A DNA stretch of 64,000 nucleotides from an uncultured Actinomycetes bacterium (GTDB lineage: Bacteria > Actinomycetota > Thermoleophilia > UBA2241). The stretch spans positions 32,001-96,000 of the forward strand of contig CAVRZA010000001.1 of NCBI GenBank assembly GCA_963725665.1, written 5' to 3'. The position numbers and the translations under genes were made by a program. The notes below the pieces were generated by a model. That model saw only the letters and a list, made by a program, of their open reading frames with translations, was not told the origin of the DNA and made no database searches. Positions 40,019-48,946 of this stretch are shown piece by piece (position 1 is the first letter of the stretch; each line of letters starts with the position of its first letter).

Positions 40019-40117
40019 GAGGTCTTCCGCGGCCCACGAAAGGTTCTCCTTCGCACTCTCGGATACCGAGGCGTATTCGGGGCCGTCTGCGGGCTCAGAG
40101 GATGCGGGAAGGCAACC
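40019..40117 (+). repeat. Repeat family R1, copy 5
   Basis: gaggtcttccg-cggccca-cgaaaggttct...gtattcggggccg...ctcagag. Confidence 0.78.
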
Positions 40118-40279
40118 GAGACGCCAGGCGTGACGGGAGGGGGTGCTCTCACGGAGCGTGCGGCGGCCGGTGGTCTTCGGCTCCGGTCGCCCGTTCTTCG
40201 CCACCGGCGGCCTGGCCGAGCCGCTGCGGCCAGAGAACCCGACCAGGATCGTGCCAGGCGACCGGGTCACCCACTTGGT

Positions 40280-40876
40280 CTACGAGGTGTGCACGGGATA
40301 GCGCAGATGCGTGACACCCACACCGGTGACGACTGTCGGATTCCCGAGGACGACCGGTGTGTTCGCGAGGTGGTCGAACAGCCGCACTCCTGCGCCTAGC
40401 AACACGGCAGCCAGATCGATGTGGATCTCGTCGAGCAGCCCGGCGTCCAGGCACTGCTGGATCGTTTGGGCGCCGTGCACTCCCACGGACTTCGGGCCAG
40501 CAGCCGATTTCGCTCGAGCAACGGCGCTTTCGATGCCGTCGGTGACGAATTGGACAGTCGAGTTGGGTCGCGGCCATCCGGCGGGGATGTGGTGGGTAAG
40601 TACGAATGCTGGTCCCCAAGCGTGATTTCCACCCCAGCCTTGGGCGACGTCGAAAGTGCGTCGACCGGTGAGCACGGCACCAAGTCCGGACGTGAGACCG
40701 CGAAGGTGCTCGGCGCTCGGCCCGGACACCTTGAACGTCATGGGGTCCGACCCTCCGGTGTGGATTTCGACGTCCCCCGAGGTGAAGTACCAGTCGAACA
40801 CTTCGGCCACGCCATCGTTGAGGTCGGCGATGTAGCCGTCGAGCGACATGGACATGATTGCGACAACCTTCGACAT
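40280..40876 (-). CDS. Dihydrofolate reductase/RibD C-terminal family protein (cassette-like)
   Basis: SMSLDGYI, TGRRTF, LLGAGVRLF; follows the R' box of an attC. Confidence 0.9.
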   Translation of the reverse strand: MSKVVAIMSMSLDGYIADLNDGVAEVFDWYFTSGDVEIHTGGSDPMTFKVSGPSAEHLRGLTSGLGAVLTGRRTFDVAQGWGGNHAWGPAFVLTHHIPAGWPRPNSTVQFVTDGIESAVARAKSAAGPKSVGVHGAQTIQQCLDAGLLDEIHIDLAAVLLGAGVRLFDHLANTPVVLGNPTVVTGVGVTHLRYPVHTS

Positions 40877-40943
40877 TGCGATGTTCCTTTCGAGGGGTGG
40901 AGACTGCGTTCAGGGGATCGCGCGCTGTCCTCCCGGATCGTCC

Positions 40944-41030
40944 GCCCAACGTGTCGCGCATAACCTGCGCGGGCCGCGGCTGGACTCTCCTACAGACCTT
41001 GGCCGCGTCAGGTTGACGCGCTTGTTGGGC
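40944..41030 (-). mobile_element. Integron attC site (87 bp)
   Basis: Minus strand GCCCAAC-AAGCG-CGTCAACCTGAC...GCAGGTTATGCG-CGACAC-GTTGGGC; unpaired G and T six bases apart on the bottom strand. Confidence 0.88.
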
Positions 41031-41057
41031 GTCACCGCGAACCTGTGCGATGCCCCG

Positions 41058-41501
41058 TCACGACTTGCCCCAGCCGGGCAACTGACTGGCTTGCTTCACC
41101 CATGCGGCGAACTGCTCCTCGTCGAACTGGTCGTCCTCGTAGATGTTGAGGTAGCGCACGTTCTCGTCTTTGGACTCGCCCGGCGGGACAGGGTCCAGCG
41201 ACGTACCGTTGAAGAAGGCCACTTTCACGTACTTCGCGAAGCAATGGAAGTTGAGGAACCAGCCCTGCCCCTCCATGCCGTAGAAGGGCGAATTCCAGCG
41301 CACCGCCTTCTTCACGTCCGGGACGGTGCGCACGATGATCGAGTCCAGGCGACGTCCGACGTCGCTCTTCCAGCCCGGCATGGCGGCGATGTAGGCCTGT
41401 ACGGGAGCGTCGCCGTCGGCCTTCGCGATCTGAGGATTGCCGCCGGAGAGGAGGACCGGCTCCGCTGCCTCTCCGGACTTCTTGGTCACCTTGTCCGCCA
41501 T
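41058..41501 (-). CDS. DUF1801 (YdhG-like) protein in a gene cassette
   Basis: LLSGGNPQIAKADG...KAVRWNSPFYG; bracketed by two attC sites. Confidence 0.88.
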   Translation of the reverse strand: MADKVTKKSGEAAEPVLLSGGNPQIAKADGDAPVQAYIAAMPGWKSDVGRRLDSIIVRTVPDVKKAVRWNSPFYGMEGQGWFLNFHCFAKYVKVAFFNGTSLDPVPPGESKDENVRYLNIYEDDQFDEEQFAAWVKQASQLPGWGKS

Positions 41502-41567
41502 TGCTCACACTCCCGACCCGTAGGCTCACCGACAACGTGATGATTCCCCTGGCGGATGCGTCAGTAC

Positions 41568-41672
41568 GCCCGACGGTGTGGCGCATCAGCTGCAATGCGC
41601 CGCTGCTCGCCGTCTTCAAGCCCGAGACTAGCGTGTCCGCGGCGTATTGTCTGCTCGATGCGCTTGTTGGGC
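41568..41672 (-). mobile_element. Integron attC site (105 bp, R' variant GTCGGGC)
   Basis: Minus strand GCCCAAC-AAGCG-CATCGAGCAGAC-AATACGCCG...CGGCGCATT-GCAGCTGATGCG-CCACACC-GTCGGGC. Confidence 0.83.
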
Positions 41673-42130
41673 GGGCGCCGTAGCAGGCCAGACCGTAGGA
41701 CCCGGGAAGCTACGAATCGGGCGAGCATGACCGTGCGCGGGCCCAGCCCCCCTCGAGCTGGAGACGGTGCAGGTCGGCACTCGAGGGCGGGTAGCTGAGA
41801 GGCGAGCTGGTTCAGGGCCCGTGTGTCGGAGGCTGTGATTGGGGGGAGCCGGTCATCTTCAACGCGACGATGATCAGCCACGTCGCCAGCATCCCCGCTG
41901 TCAGCAACTCCTGAATCGCGACTTCAGGCCAGGGCCACACCGACCACTGATTGACGACCCCAGACCAAGGCCACGTCGTAACCCAGATAATGCGTTAAGG
42001 AGCCCGAAGACCAGCGCCATGGAGCCGACACGGCGAGAGCCGAGCGCCCACGACAAGAATCCGTATGCAAGCATCGTGATGGGGATCATGAGGAATAGCA
42101 CGCCAGAAACCACGCGGTGGACTGCTTCTG

Positions 42131-43288
42131 CTATGACCGCGTCCTGAATCGGAAGTCACGCTTCGGTTCTGGAGTGGGGCGGAGGAGATGCTTCTCCGCA
42201 AGCAGGCGATCCATCGCCGGATCGGGTCGCCAGGGGAAGTCGAGGAATGCCCAGTCTATCTCGATCTCTTCTTCACCCACTCGAGATACCGCCAGTCCCA
42301 CCTGACGCTGCAGTCCCCAGTCGTACTTGGCCGCCAGCGTGTAGTTGCGGAGGGCACTCACCCGAGTTTCATACTTGTCCCGGGGCACTGGAACCACGCA
42401 GAAGCCGGTTTTGCGCCGCGGCACGAGCATGCGCGCCGGCAGCTGGAGGTACTCCCCTCCAGCGCTTTTCGAGGGCCCAGTCGAGCAATCCACGAAAACC
42501 GCGCATGTGCACCCGGTTCATGTACGCAAACTCGTCGAGTATCCGGTATAGGAAGTCGCCTGTTGTCGCCGTCGATGTAGAAGACCTTCTCGCCGTACTT
42601 GTTCAGCATGTCCCAAGGTCGAACGACTCGACGTCGTGCAGGGCGTCATCCAGAAGGACCCTGACGGCGTCGTCATCGAGAGTTCCCGAGGGATCTTCGG
42701 CGATGAAGGCGGCCAAGAGGCGCGCTTCATGGTGCTGCCAGGGCGTACCCTGAAGAAGGACCTGCTCGCGGAAGGCGAAGTAGTCTGCGATCTCGGAAGG
42801 CAGAGCCAGGATACGGCAGACCTCAAAGAAGTCTCGGATGTGCAGGAGGTGCACAAAACCGGCCTTGCTGCTCTGTCTGTGACTGGTGCGAGCAAGCAGG
42901 CGGGGCGGGGTTCTGCCGCATGAGTAGAGCGCAACCGGAACGATCGGCGCCTCGGGGCCGGCAAGGTCTCGAATGTGGCCGCGCTGGTTCGGATCCTCAG
43001 ATCTGGCTCGCGCTCGAAGAAGCTCTTGGTGTCGGCGAGTTGCCTGCACGCTTCCTTGAGGACCTCGTGCTTGAACCACCGCTCAATGGCGGCATCGGAG
43101 CCGTCAGCGCGTATGTCGCGCTCCTTCGCCTGAAAGGCCAAGATCGCTTCCGGCAAGAGAGCGATATGGTCCGCGAGCTCGTACTCTTGGCCGGAGGTGG
43201 ACCGGAACTGGTTGCCTGCAAAGGTGAACTCCCGGAGGAAGATGTTCCCGCCGATCTCCGCAAGCAAAGCCTCAAGGTCTGTGCCCAA
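42131..43288 (-). pseudogene. Frameshifted hypothetical protein with PD-(D/E)xK/NERD-like N-terminus
   Basis: Pieces in several frames; ELADH...FQAKER resembles a nuclease motif; TTG start with ggag RBS. Confidence 0.55.
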
Positions 43289-43306
43289 AGCTCTCCGACT
43301 CTTTCC

Positions 43307-43366
43307 ACCTAACGTCAGGCGCGTGAGGTCATGGCCCACTGACCTTCTGGCCGAAGGTCATGGGCC
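43307..43366 (-). mobile_element. attC remnant (terminal hairpin, L' and R' only)
   Basis: Minus strand hairpin GGCCCA..TGGGCC, then ATGACCTCACGCG-CCTGAC-GTTAGGT, then RBS and start. Confidence 0.6.
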
Positions 43367-43838
43367 GACAGCGCCAGTCGTCACTTGAGGTCCGACGCTC
43401 GAGCAGTCGACTGCCGTCGTTCGTGACTATGTACACGGCGTCGATGATCGTGTCAGCATGGCCGGAATCGTCGGACAAGCTGGAGCCTTCCTCTTTGAAC
43501 GTCAGGTAGCCGAACTCAACGAGGTGATTGACGAGAAAGGGCATGGCCACGACCCGACCATGGCGGTAGGCCTCCTTGAGGGCGTTTAGGCCCGGTCTTG
43601 TCAAAGTCTTGACGACGAGCCGACGCTTCATGTCGCGGAGAAGGTCATTGCTCGCTCCCTTGCCGTTGTGATGGGAGACATGGCAGTTGTGGCACAGCAA
43701 GATCTTGTTGTCGTAGGCCTCGCTCGTCGGCTTGGTTTGCTGGAGATGATGCACTGTCAGCACGCGGCTATCACGCAGGCCGCAGAGCGCGCAACTGCCA
43801 TCGGTCTCGAGGTACAGGAGTTCATCCGTAGTCGCCAT
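43329..43838 (-). CDS. HNH endonuclease domain protein (true stop may be near 43381)
   Basis: CALC...VHH...N...LCHNCH zinc-HNH motif. Confidence 0.82.
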   Translation of the reverse strand: MATTDELLYLETDGSCALCGLRDSRVLTVHHLQQTKPTSEAYDNKILLCHNCHVSHHNGKGASNDLLRDMKRRLVVKTLTRPGLNALKEAYRHGRVVAMPFLVNHLVEFGYLTFKEEGSSLSDDSGHADTIIDAVYIVTNDGSRLLERRTSSDDWRCRPMTFGQKVSGP

Positions 43839-43877
43839 GGAGCCTCCGATCCGGAGCCAACGTCGACGGTATCAGGG

Positions 43878-45257
43878 CTACGCTAGGCGCTGTTCGCCCG
43901 GATGTCGTTGTTGGCCTGTCACCCAGGGCACAAGCACCTCGTCTTCGCCCTTCCACCCCTTCCAAGCGCGCCGTGCGTAGTGGCCGGTGTGACCACATGC
44001 GGCGAGAATAGCCAAGTCCAGGTACTGCAAGGCTAGCTGCGAGCACTCGTACCACGTCATCCCGTTGAGCGAGCCAATGACGGTTCGGTTATCTTCTGTG
44101 GCGTGGACGATCGCGTTGCGCACGCGTGCAATGACTCCCGGCCCGTCGAAGGCGTCGCCTTGGCACAAGCCCGATAGACTGGTCATGTAGTCGGGCACCA
44201 TCGCCGGGACGCCGATGTGCTGCAGAAGCACGCGTATCCGGCCTGCTGCTGACAAACGCCTGAAGTCGGTCCGGGTGTGCAGTCGGCTCAGTCTCGACAA
44301 GCAGCACCCAGGCCAGCATGTCGAGTGCGACCTGCGAGAGGACCACCGTGGCCTCTAGGCCGAGCGCTGGTGAATTGGCTTCGACAAGCCAGTGGACGGA
44401 GGAGTTGAGTGGACCCCTCCACGCTGGGTCGTTCCACTTCTTCACGAAACCGGCGAAGAGATTGGAAAGCTCCAGCCGTTTCTGCTCGGGCATCCATGTC
44501 GTGACCGGGCGGCTTTCGTCAATGTCCCACGAGCCGTACTCGCGCCAGGCGACTTCGTCATCGGTGAGGCGGCAAGCGGGAATAGGGGGCCCGCCCACGC
44601 GCCGCGCAGAAACCCGAACCACAGGAAAAGCATGTTGAGGGTCTCATGAGCCTCAGCGATAGTCATTTCGCTCATCGCGGGACGCCATTCACCGACGTGG
44701 GTGATGACGAATCCCGAGTCGCGCTTTGCGGCATTACTAAGCTCACGCGCCTCAGGGATCACGTCCAAGATGCATTCGCCTGAGTCCGCTGCAACTCGCA
44801 TTCGACCGGACATGCTTCCACGCGACCCATGCATCTCATAGGACACGCCTTCACCAATGTAGCTCGGGAAATTGGCGAGACAGAACCGCAACGTCTGAAT
44901 CGGAGGCTTGCCGAAACTGATCGGCTCCGCGACAACGCCTTGGACATTGGGCTCGGTCCCAAGAGCCATACTCGTTACGAGCACCGGTGCCTCAAAGTGA
45001 GGTTCCTCGCACTTGAGGGACCAGCCAGATTGGGAGTCCAGTCTCGCCGCCTGCGAGTAGGCGCCGCCAAAGACAAGCGCCGCGGATGGCAGCCAGCGAA
45101 AGATGAGGTCCGAATCGACAAAGCCCGCGGTGTCACCGATCAGCTCAAATGGCCCAGGCAGAGCTCTAATTGGTTCGTTGAGCGCACGCATTTCGACGTG
45201 CGGCTTCAGTCGTTCAGGCGGGCTATCCGGTGGGTCGGTCACCGTCCACTCCTCCAC
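43878..45257 (-). pseudogene. HEPN-domain protein (ApeA/YopA-like), two frameshifts
   Basis: Three consecutive minus-strand ORF pieces; C-terminal RNAIVH (Rx4H); lower GC. Confidence 0.65.
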
Positions 45258-45558
45258 TCAACCAAGCTAACATCGATTCTGCAGTCTCCATATGGCGATG
45301 ACGCCACCGTCCGCCGTCTTTGGCACGACCGCTGCAACTCTACTGGAGTCAGGAGCCTGGCACGGGCGAAACTCTCGCTCTCCCGAGCGACTTGTCCAAG
45401 TGCGCACTCCAACACCCGTGAGTGCACGCGAGTGCCACCTTGTACTATCACGTCACGCTGAGTTCGGTTGCAGGAGGGTTGCAGACGGGTTGTGGAGGGG
45501 TCCTCGGCGAGGGTCTCGACGACGACGCAAAATCCCTGCATCTACGCCTGAAGAGGGC

Positions 45559-45634
45559 TGGTAGCGCATACCGGATTCGAACCGGTGTTACCGCCGTGAG
45601 AGGGCGGCGTCCTAGGCCCCTAGACGAATGCGCC
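45559..45634 (-). tRNA. tRNA-Glu(CTC)
   Basis: Cloverleaf, anticodon arm CCGCC-CTCTCAC-GGCGG, GGTTCGAATCC, CCA. Confidence 0.96.
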
Positions 45635-45650
45635 ACGCGAGGCTGTCTAC

Positions 45651-45724
45651 TGGCTGCGGGACAAGGATTCGAACGTCGATACCGTGGTCCAGAACCACGT
45701 GTCCTACCATTAGACGATCCCGCA
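45651..45724 (-). tRNA. tRNA-Gln(CTG) with a T-stem mismatch
   Basis: Acceptor TGCGGGA/TCCCGCA, anticodon arm CGTGG-TTCTGGA-CCACG; T-stem CGACG/CCTTG. Confidence 0.9.
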
Positions 45725-45818
45725 GCGGAACGGCGCAACAGGATAGCACGGTGTCCCTCGGTCAGTGAAGTCGCGCGAGCCTCGGCACCGGCGGCGGCAC
45801 TTCGGGTACGCTTTCCCT

Positions 45819-46199
45819 GTGTCCCACGCAGACGAGCACATCACCGACCCCCGCGTCTTCCGCCTGAGCGTCTCGAGCGGTCCGGGCTACGTGCTCTTCG
45901 GTTGGGACTATCCGGGCTCGACGCTGCTCGAGGTGAGGGTCGTCCGATCGACTGAGGCGTTCGCCTCAGACTCGGACGACCCCGCCCGCCCGGTCGGTCA
46001 GCGCATCGTCTTCCAGGGTGTCGCGGGCTCGTTCCGCGACACCGACGTCGTCGACGGGGAGCGCTACTTCTACACTGTCTTCGCCCGCCGTCCGGAGGAC
46101 CTCGAGTGGACGCGGTGGGGCCGGCACAAAGTAGTCGCCGGCCGGCCCCATAGGCCGGGGCTCGTCGCACGGTGGCTGGCGCGCCTGCGCCGCGGGTAG
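45819..46199 (+). CDS. Small FN3-like beta protein, paralogue 1
   Basis: W...VVRS...F.G....DTDV...YFYTVF pattern; TACGCT 6 nt before GTG. Confidence 0.7.
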   Translation: MSHADEHITDPRVFRLSVSSGPGYVLFGWDYPGSTLLEVRVVRSTEAFASDSDDPARPVGQRIVFQGVAGSFRDTDVVDGERYFYTVFARRPEDLEWTRWGRHKVVAGRPHRPGLVARWLARLRRG

Positions 46200-46289
46200 T
46201 GCTCGGCGTCGCTGAGGCTGGGTGCTGACGAGTCGCCGGCGCCGGAGCGGCTGAGGCTCGCTCCGGTCCTTCCTTCCTGCGGTTCTGGC

Positions 46290-46560
46290 CTACCCGACGT
46301 GCAGCAGCCTGCCGACGAGGCCGCTGCGCCACACGAGGCGCACCAGCAGGGCCCACGCCACGGCAGCCCCACACACGACGGCCCATTCCCATGTCGTCAT
46401 CGTCGAGAGTTCGAAGAGGTGTCGCCCGAGGGGCAGCGCGCAGATGCCGGCGAAGAGGGCCAAGAGTCCGACGGCGGTCAGGGTGGGCCGCCAGTCCCCG
46501 CGCAGAGGCGCGCCGCCGGTGAACCACGCGGTCGCAGCGGCCCTCCTCTGGTCGCCGCTC
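46290..46560 (-). pseudogene. Hydrophobic C-terminal gene fragment, possibly from a P-type ATPase
   Basis: LPLGRHLFEL plus TM segments, no convincing start. Confidence 0.4.
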
Positions 46561-46693
46561 AGTCTACAGGCCGCTTCCACGTGTTGCCGGAGCAGCGGGG
46601 TGAACGAGTGAACGCACCGCACCGGGCGTGGCCCCTGTCCCTGCTGTAGGCTACGCGCAGGTCACTCAGCGCAAGGACGCAAAGGAGCGGGCG

Positions 46694-47098
46694 ATGGGTC
46701 TCTTCCATCACGAGGGTCACATGATGAAGCACTTCCACGCCAAGCACGGGGACGGCTGGGTGGTGCTCAAGTGGCAGGCGCACGACGCGCTCGAGGAGTG
46801 GAAGGTGCTGCGCTCGCGTGGCGAGTTCGCGCAGACGGTCGAGGAGGCCGACGACCCGGTCGAGACCGGACAGCGCCTCGTGTACGAGGGCAAGGACACC
46901 GACATCCAGGACACCGACGTCGAGGACGAGGTGCAGTACTACTACACGGTCTTCGGGCGCGAGCCGGAGGGCGAGTGGATCGGTCAGGCCGAGGTCAAGG
47001 TGACGCCGAACGGCGAGGCGACGTGGTCGCACTCGGAGGCCGAGCATGCCGAAGGCAAACGGCTCGGCCTCTCGGCCATCGGGCCACACCTGACGTAG
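46694..47098 (+). CDS. Small FN3-like beta protein, paralogue 2
   Basis: VVLKW...VLRS...VYEG...DTDV...YYYTVF; aaggag RBS. Confidence 0.78.
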   Translation: MGLFHHEGHMMKHFHAKHGDGWVVLKWQAHDALEEWKVLRSRGEFAQTVEEADDPVETGQRLVYEGKDTDIQDTDVEDEVQYYYTVFGREPEGEWIGQAEVKVTPNGEATWSHSEAEHAEGKRLGLSAIGPHLT

Positions 47099-47280
47099 CA
47101 AGGCAAGCTGCAGCTCCGGCCGATCGCGCTTTGAGCCAGTGAGGAACCACGCCGCAGCGAGGGGTTCCCGACGAGTCCTATCGGGTACGATGCCTTCCGG
47201 ATGAGATGCGGCATGCGTCGCTCGAGCTTCGTCTCGGCGCACATGCCGCATCTCCTTCCGCGACAGCGAGAGGAGGCTCG

Positions 47281-47685
47281 ATGAGTCTGTTGCGATCCGG
47301 GAGAAACGGGCATCGTCTGCGTCGTTTTCGAGCCAGGCGCGGCTGCGGCTGGGTGGTGCTGAAGTGGCGAGCCCACGAGTCGCTCGCCGACTGGCGCGTC
47401 CTACGGTCCCAGGTCGGTTTCGCCGGAACGGCGCACGAGGCGGCGAAGCCCGGTCTGCTCAGCTACTCGTCTACGAAGGCTCCGACGAGCGAGGTGCAGG
47501 ATCGGGACGTCATCGGAGGACATGCCACTACTACTACACCGTCTTCGGGCGAGAGCCGGGCGGCGAGTGGCTCGGCCAAGCGGATGTGAAGGTCACGCCC
47601 AAGTGCGAGATCTCGTACACAGCGCGAGAACCCGGCCGAGGGCGAACGACTGAGTCTCTCAGGGATCGGGCCGCACCTGACGTAG
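47281..47685 (+). pseudogene. Small FN3-like beta protein, paralogue 3, frameshifted
   Basis: GWVVLKW...YYYTVFGREP...IGPHLT* spread over several frames. Confidence 0.7.
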
Positions 47686-48139
47686 AGTGGCGGCGGGTCG
47701 CGCCGCAGGCGCGACCCGCCGAAGACGCCTCGCGAGCTCCGCCGGCTCCTCGACCGTCCAGTCGCCGCTCGATCAGCTCGATCCAGTTGCCGTCGGGGTC
47801 GGCCACGAAGGCGATGCGCGGTCCCTCGCCCTGCAGGGGCGCCGGCGGCCGCCCGACCTCCTGCCCGCCACCCTCGATGACGCGCTTGTAGGTGCCGTCG
47901 AGATCGTCGACGTGGAAGGCGAAGTGGCCGAAGCGCTCGCCGCCGTCGTAGGGCGTGTCCTTGCCCCAGTTGTAGACCAGCTCGATGGCGAAGTTGCCCT
48001 CGGGCGGCTCGACGAACACGAGGGTCGCCTTGTTCTTGGTCAGCTCGCTGCGGCGCGACTCACGCATGCCGAGGAGCTCGTAGAAGCGGACCGCCGCCTC
48101 GGGGTCTTTGGTGCGCGTCGCTACGTGTACGAACTCCAT
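47534..48139 (-). CDS. Lactoylglutathione lyase-like VOC protein (homology ends near 47760)
   Basis: IELVYNWG, FGHFAF, ADPDGNWIEL. Confidence 0.85.
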   Translation of the reverse strand: MEFVHVATRTKDPEAAVRFYELLGMRESRRSELTKNKATLVFVEPPEGNFAIELVYNWGKDTPYDGGERFGHFAFHVDDLDGTYKRVIEGGGQEVGRPPAPLQGEGPRIAFVADPDGNWIELIERRLDGRGAGGAREASSAGRACGATRRHSTSGAARSLRDSVVRPRPGSRAVYEISHLGVTFTSAWPSHSPPGSRPKTV

Positions 48140-48393
48140 GTCGTCTCCATCCTGTCGCCGCCGGCTGAGTAGGTTCTTCGTACCCACCCTTGCTGTCCTC
48201 TATCCCGGTCGCGTGCGTGGCGTCCCGCAGGGTAGTTGGCCAGGACGGGGCTGAGCGGCAAGGCGGGAGCACGATCGCTGTTCTCGATGGTTGGCTTCTG
48301 CAACTACCTAGAACACCGCAACCCTACCCGGGAGGACCCGATCGGCTCGCCGATCGCGGGCTGCGAGTCCGTCTGGGGCGATATACTCGCCGC

Positions 48394-48921
48394 GTGCCAC
48401 TGATCGCTTACGGGGACAGGACGCCGCGCGTCGCCAGGGACGTCTTCATATGGCCGGAGGCGGTCGTGATCGGCGACGTGGTGCTCGAGGAGGGCGTCAA
48501 CATCTGGCCGGGGGCCGTGCTGCGCGGCGACGTCGAGCGCATCACGATCCGCCGGCAGACGAGCTTCCAGGACAACTCGGTCGCCCACAGCGACCCCGGC
48601 TGTCCCGTAGACATCGGCCCGGACTGCATCGTCGGGCACCTCGTGATCGTGCACGGGGCGCGCGTCGGCGCGGGCTGCCTCATCGGCATGGGCAGCACCC
48701 TGCTCAACGGCTCGGTGATCGGCGCCGGCAGCATCGTCGGCGCCAACGCGCTCGTGACCCAGGGCAAGGAGTTCCCGCCGCGCAGTCTCATCATGGGAGC
48801 GCCGGCCAAGGTCGTGCGCGAGGTGACCGACGAAGACATCGCGGTGCGGCTCGCCCTCAGCGAGCGCTACGCGCGGCGCTCGGCCGAGTACCTGCGCATG
48901 GGGCTCGGGCTCCAACTCTGA
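48394..48921 (+). CDS. Gamma carbonic anhydrase family protein
   Basis: Hexapeptide repeats, VLRGD, QDN..H, GH..HG; TATACT 6 nt before GTG. Confidence 0.92.
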   Translation: MPLIAYGDRTPRVARDVFIWPEAVVIGDVVLEEGVNIWPGAVLRGDVERITIRRQTSFQDNSVAHSDPGCPVDIGPDCIVGHLVIVHGARVGAGCLIGMGSTLLNGSVIGAGSIVGANALVTQGKEFPPRSLIMGAPAKVVREVTDEDIAVRLALSERYARRSAEYLRMGLGLQL

Positions 48922-48946
48922 GGGAGGCGCTCCGCCCGCGGCACCG

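Larger units (their letters stand above)
28776..45606. mobile_element. Genomic island bounded by tRNA-Glu direct repeats (no integrase seen)
   Basis: 48-bp direct repeats, arm-like repeats inside both ends, accessory cargo. Confidence 0.75.

Noticed and set aside
14170-40117. R1/R2 or the 72-bp tandem repeat as a CRISPR array
   Set aside because: Spacing is irregular and kilobase-scale, copies are degenerate, there are no unique spacers of constant length and no cas genes.
41681-42113. Intact cassette gene upstream of the second attC
   Set aside because: Only short, partly hydrophobic ORF pieces with no coherent product; probably decayed.
43855-43898. Complete attC between the HEPN and HNH genes
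   Set aside because: Only 44 bp from GGCGAAC to GTTGGCT and the L boxes do not pair; at most a deleted remnant.
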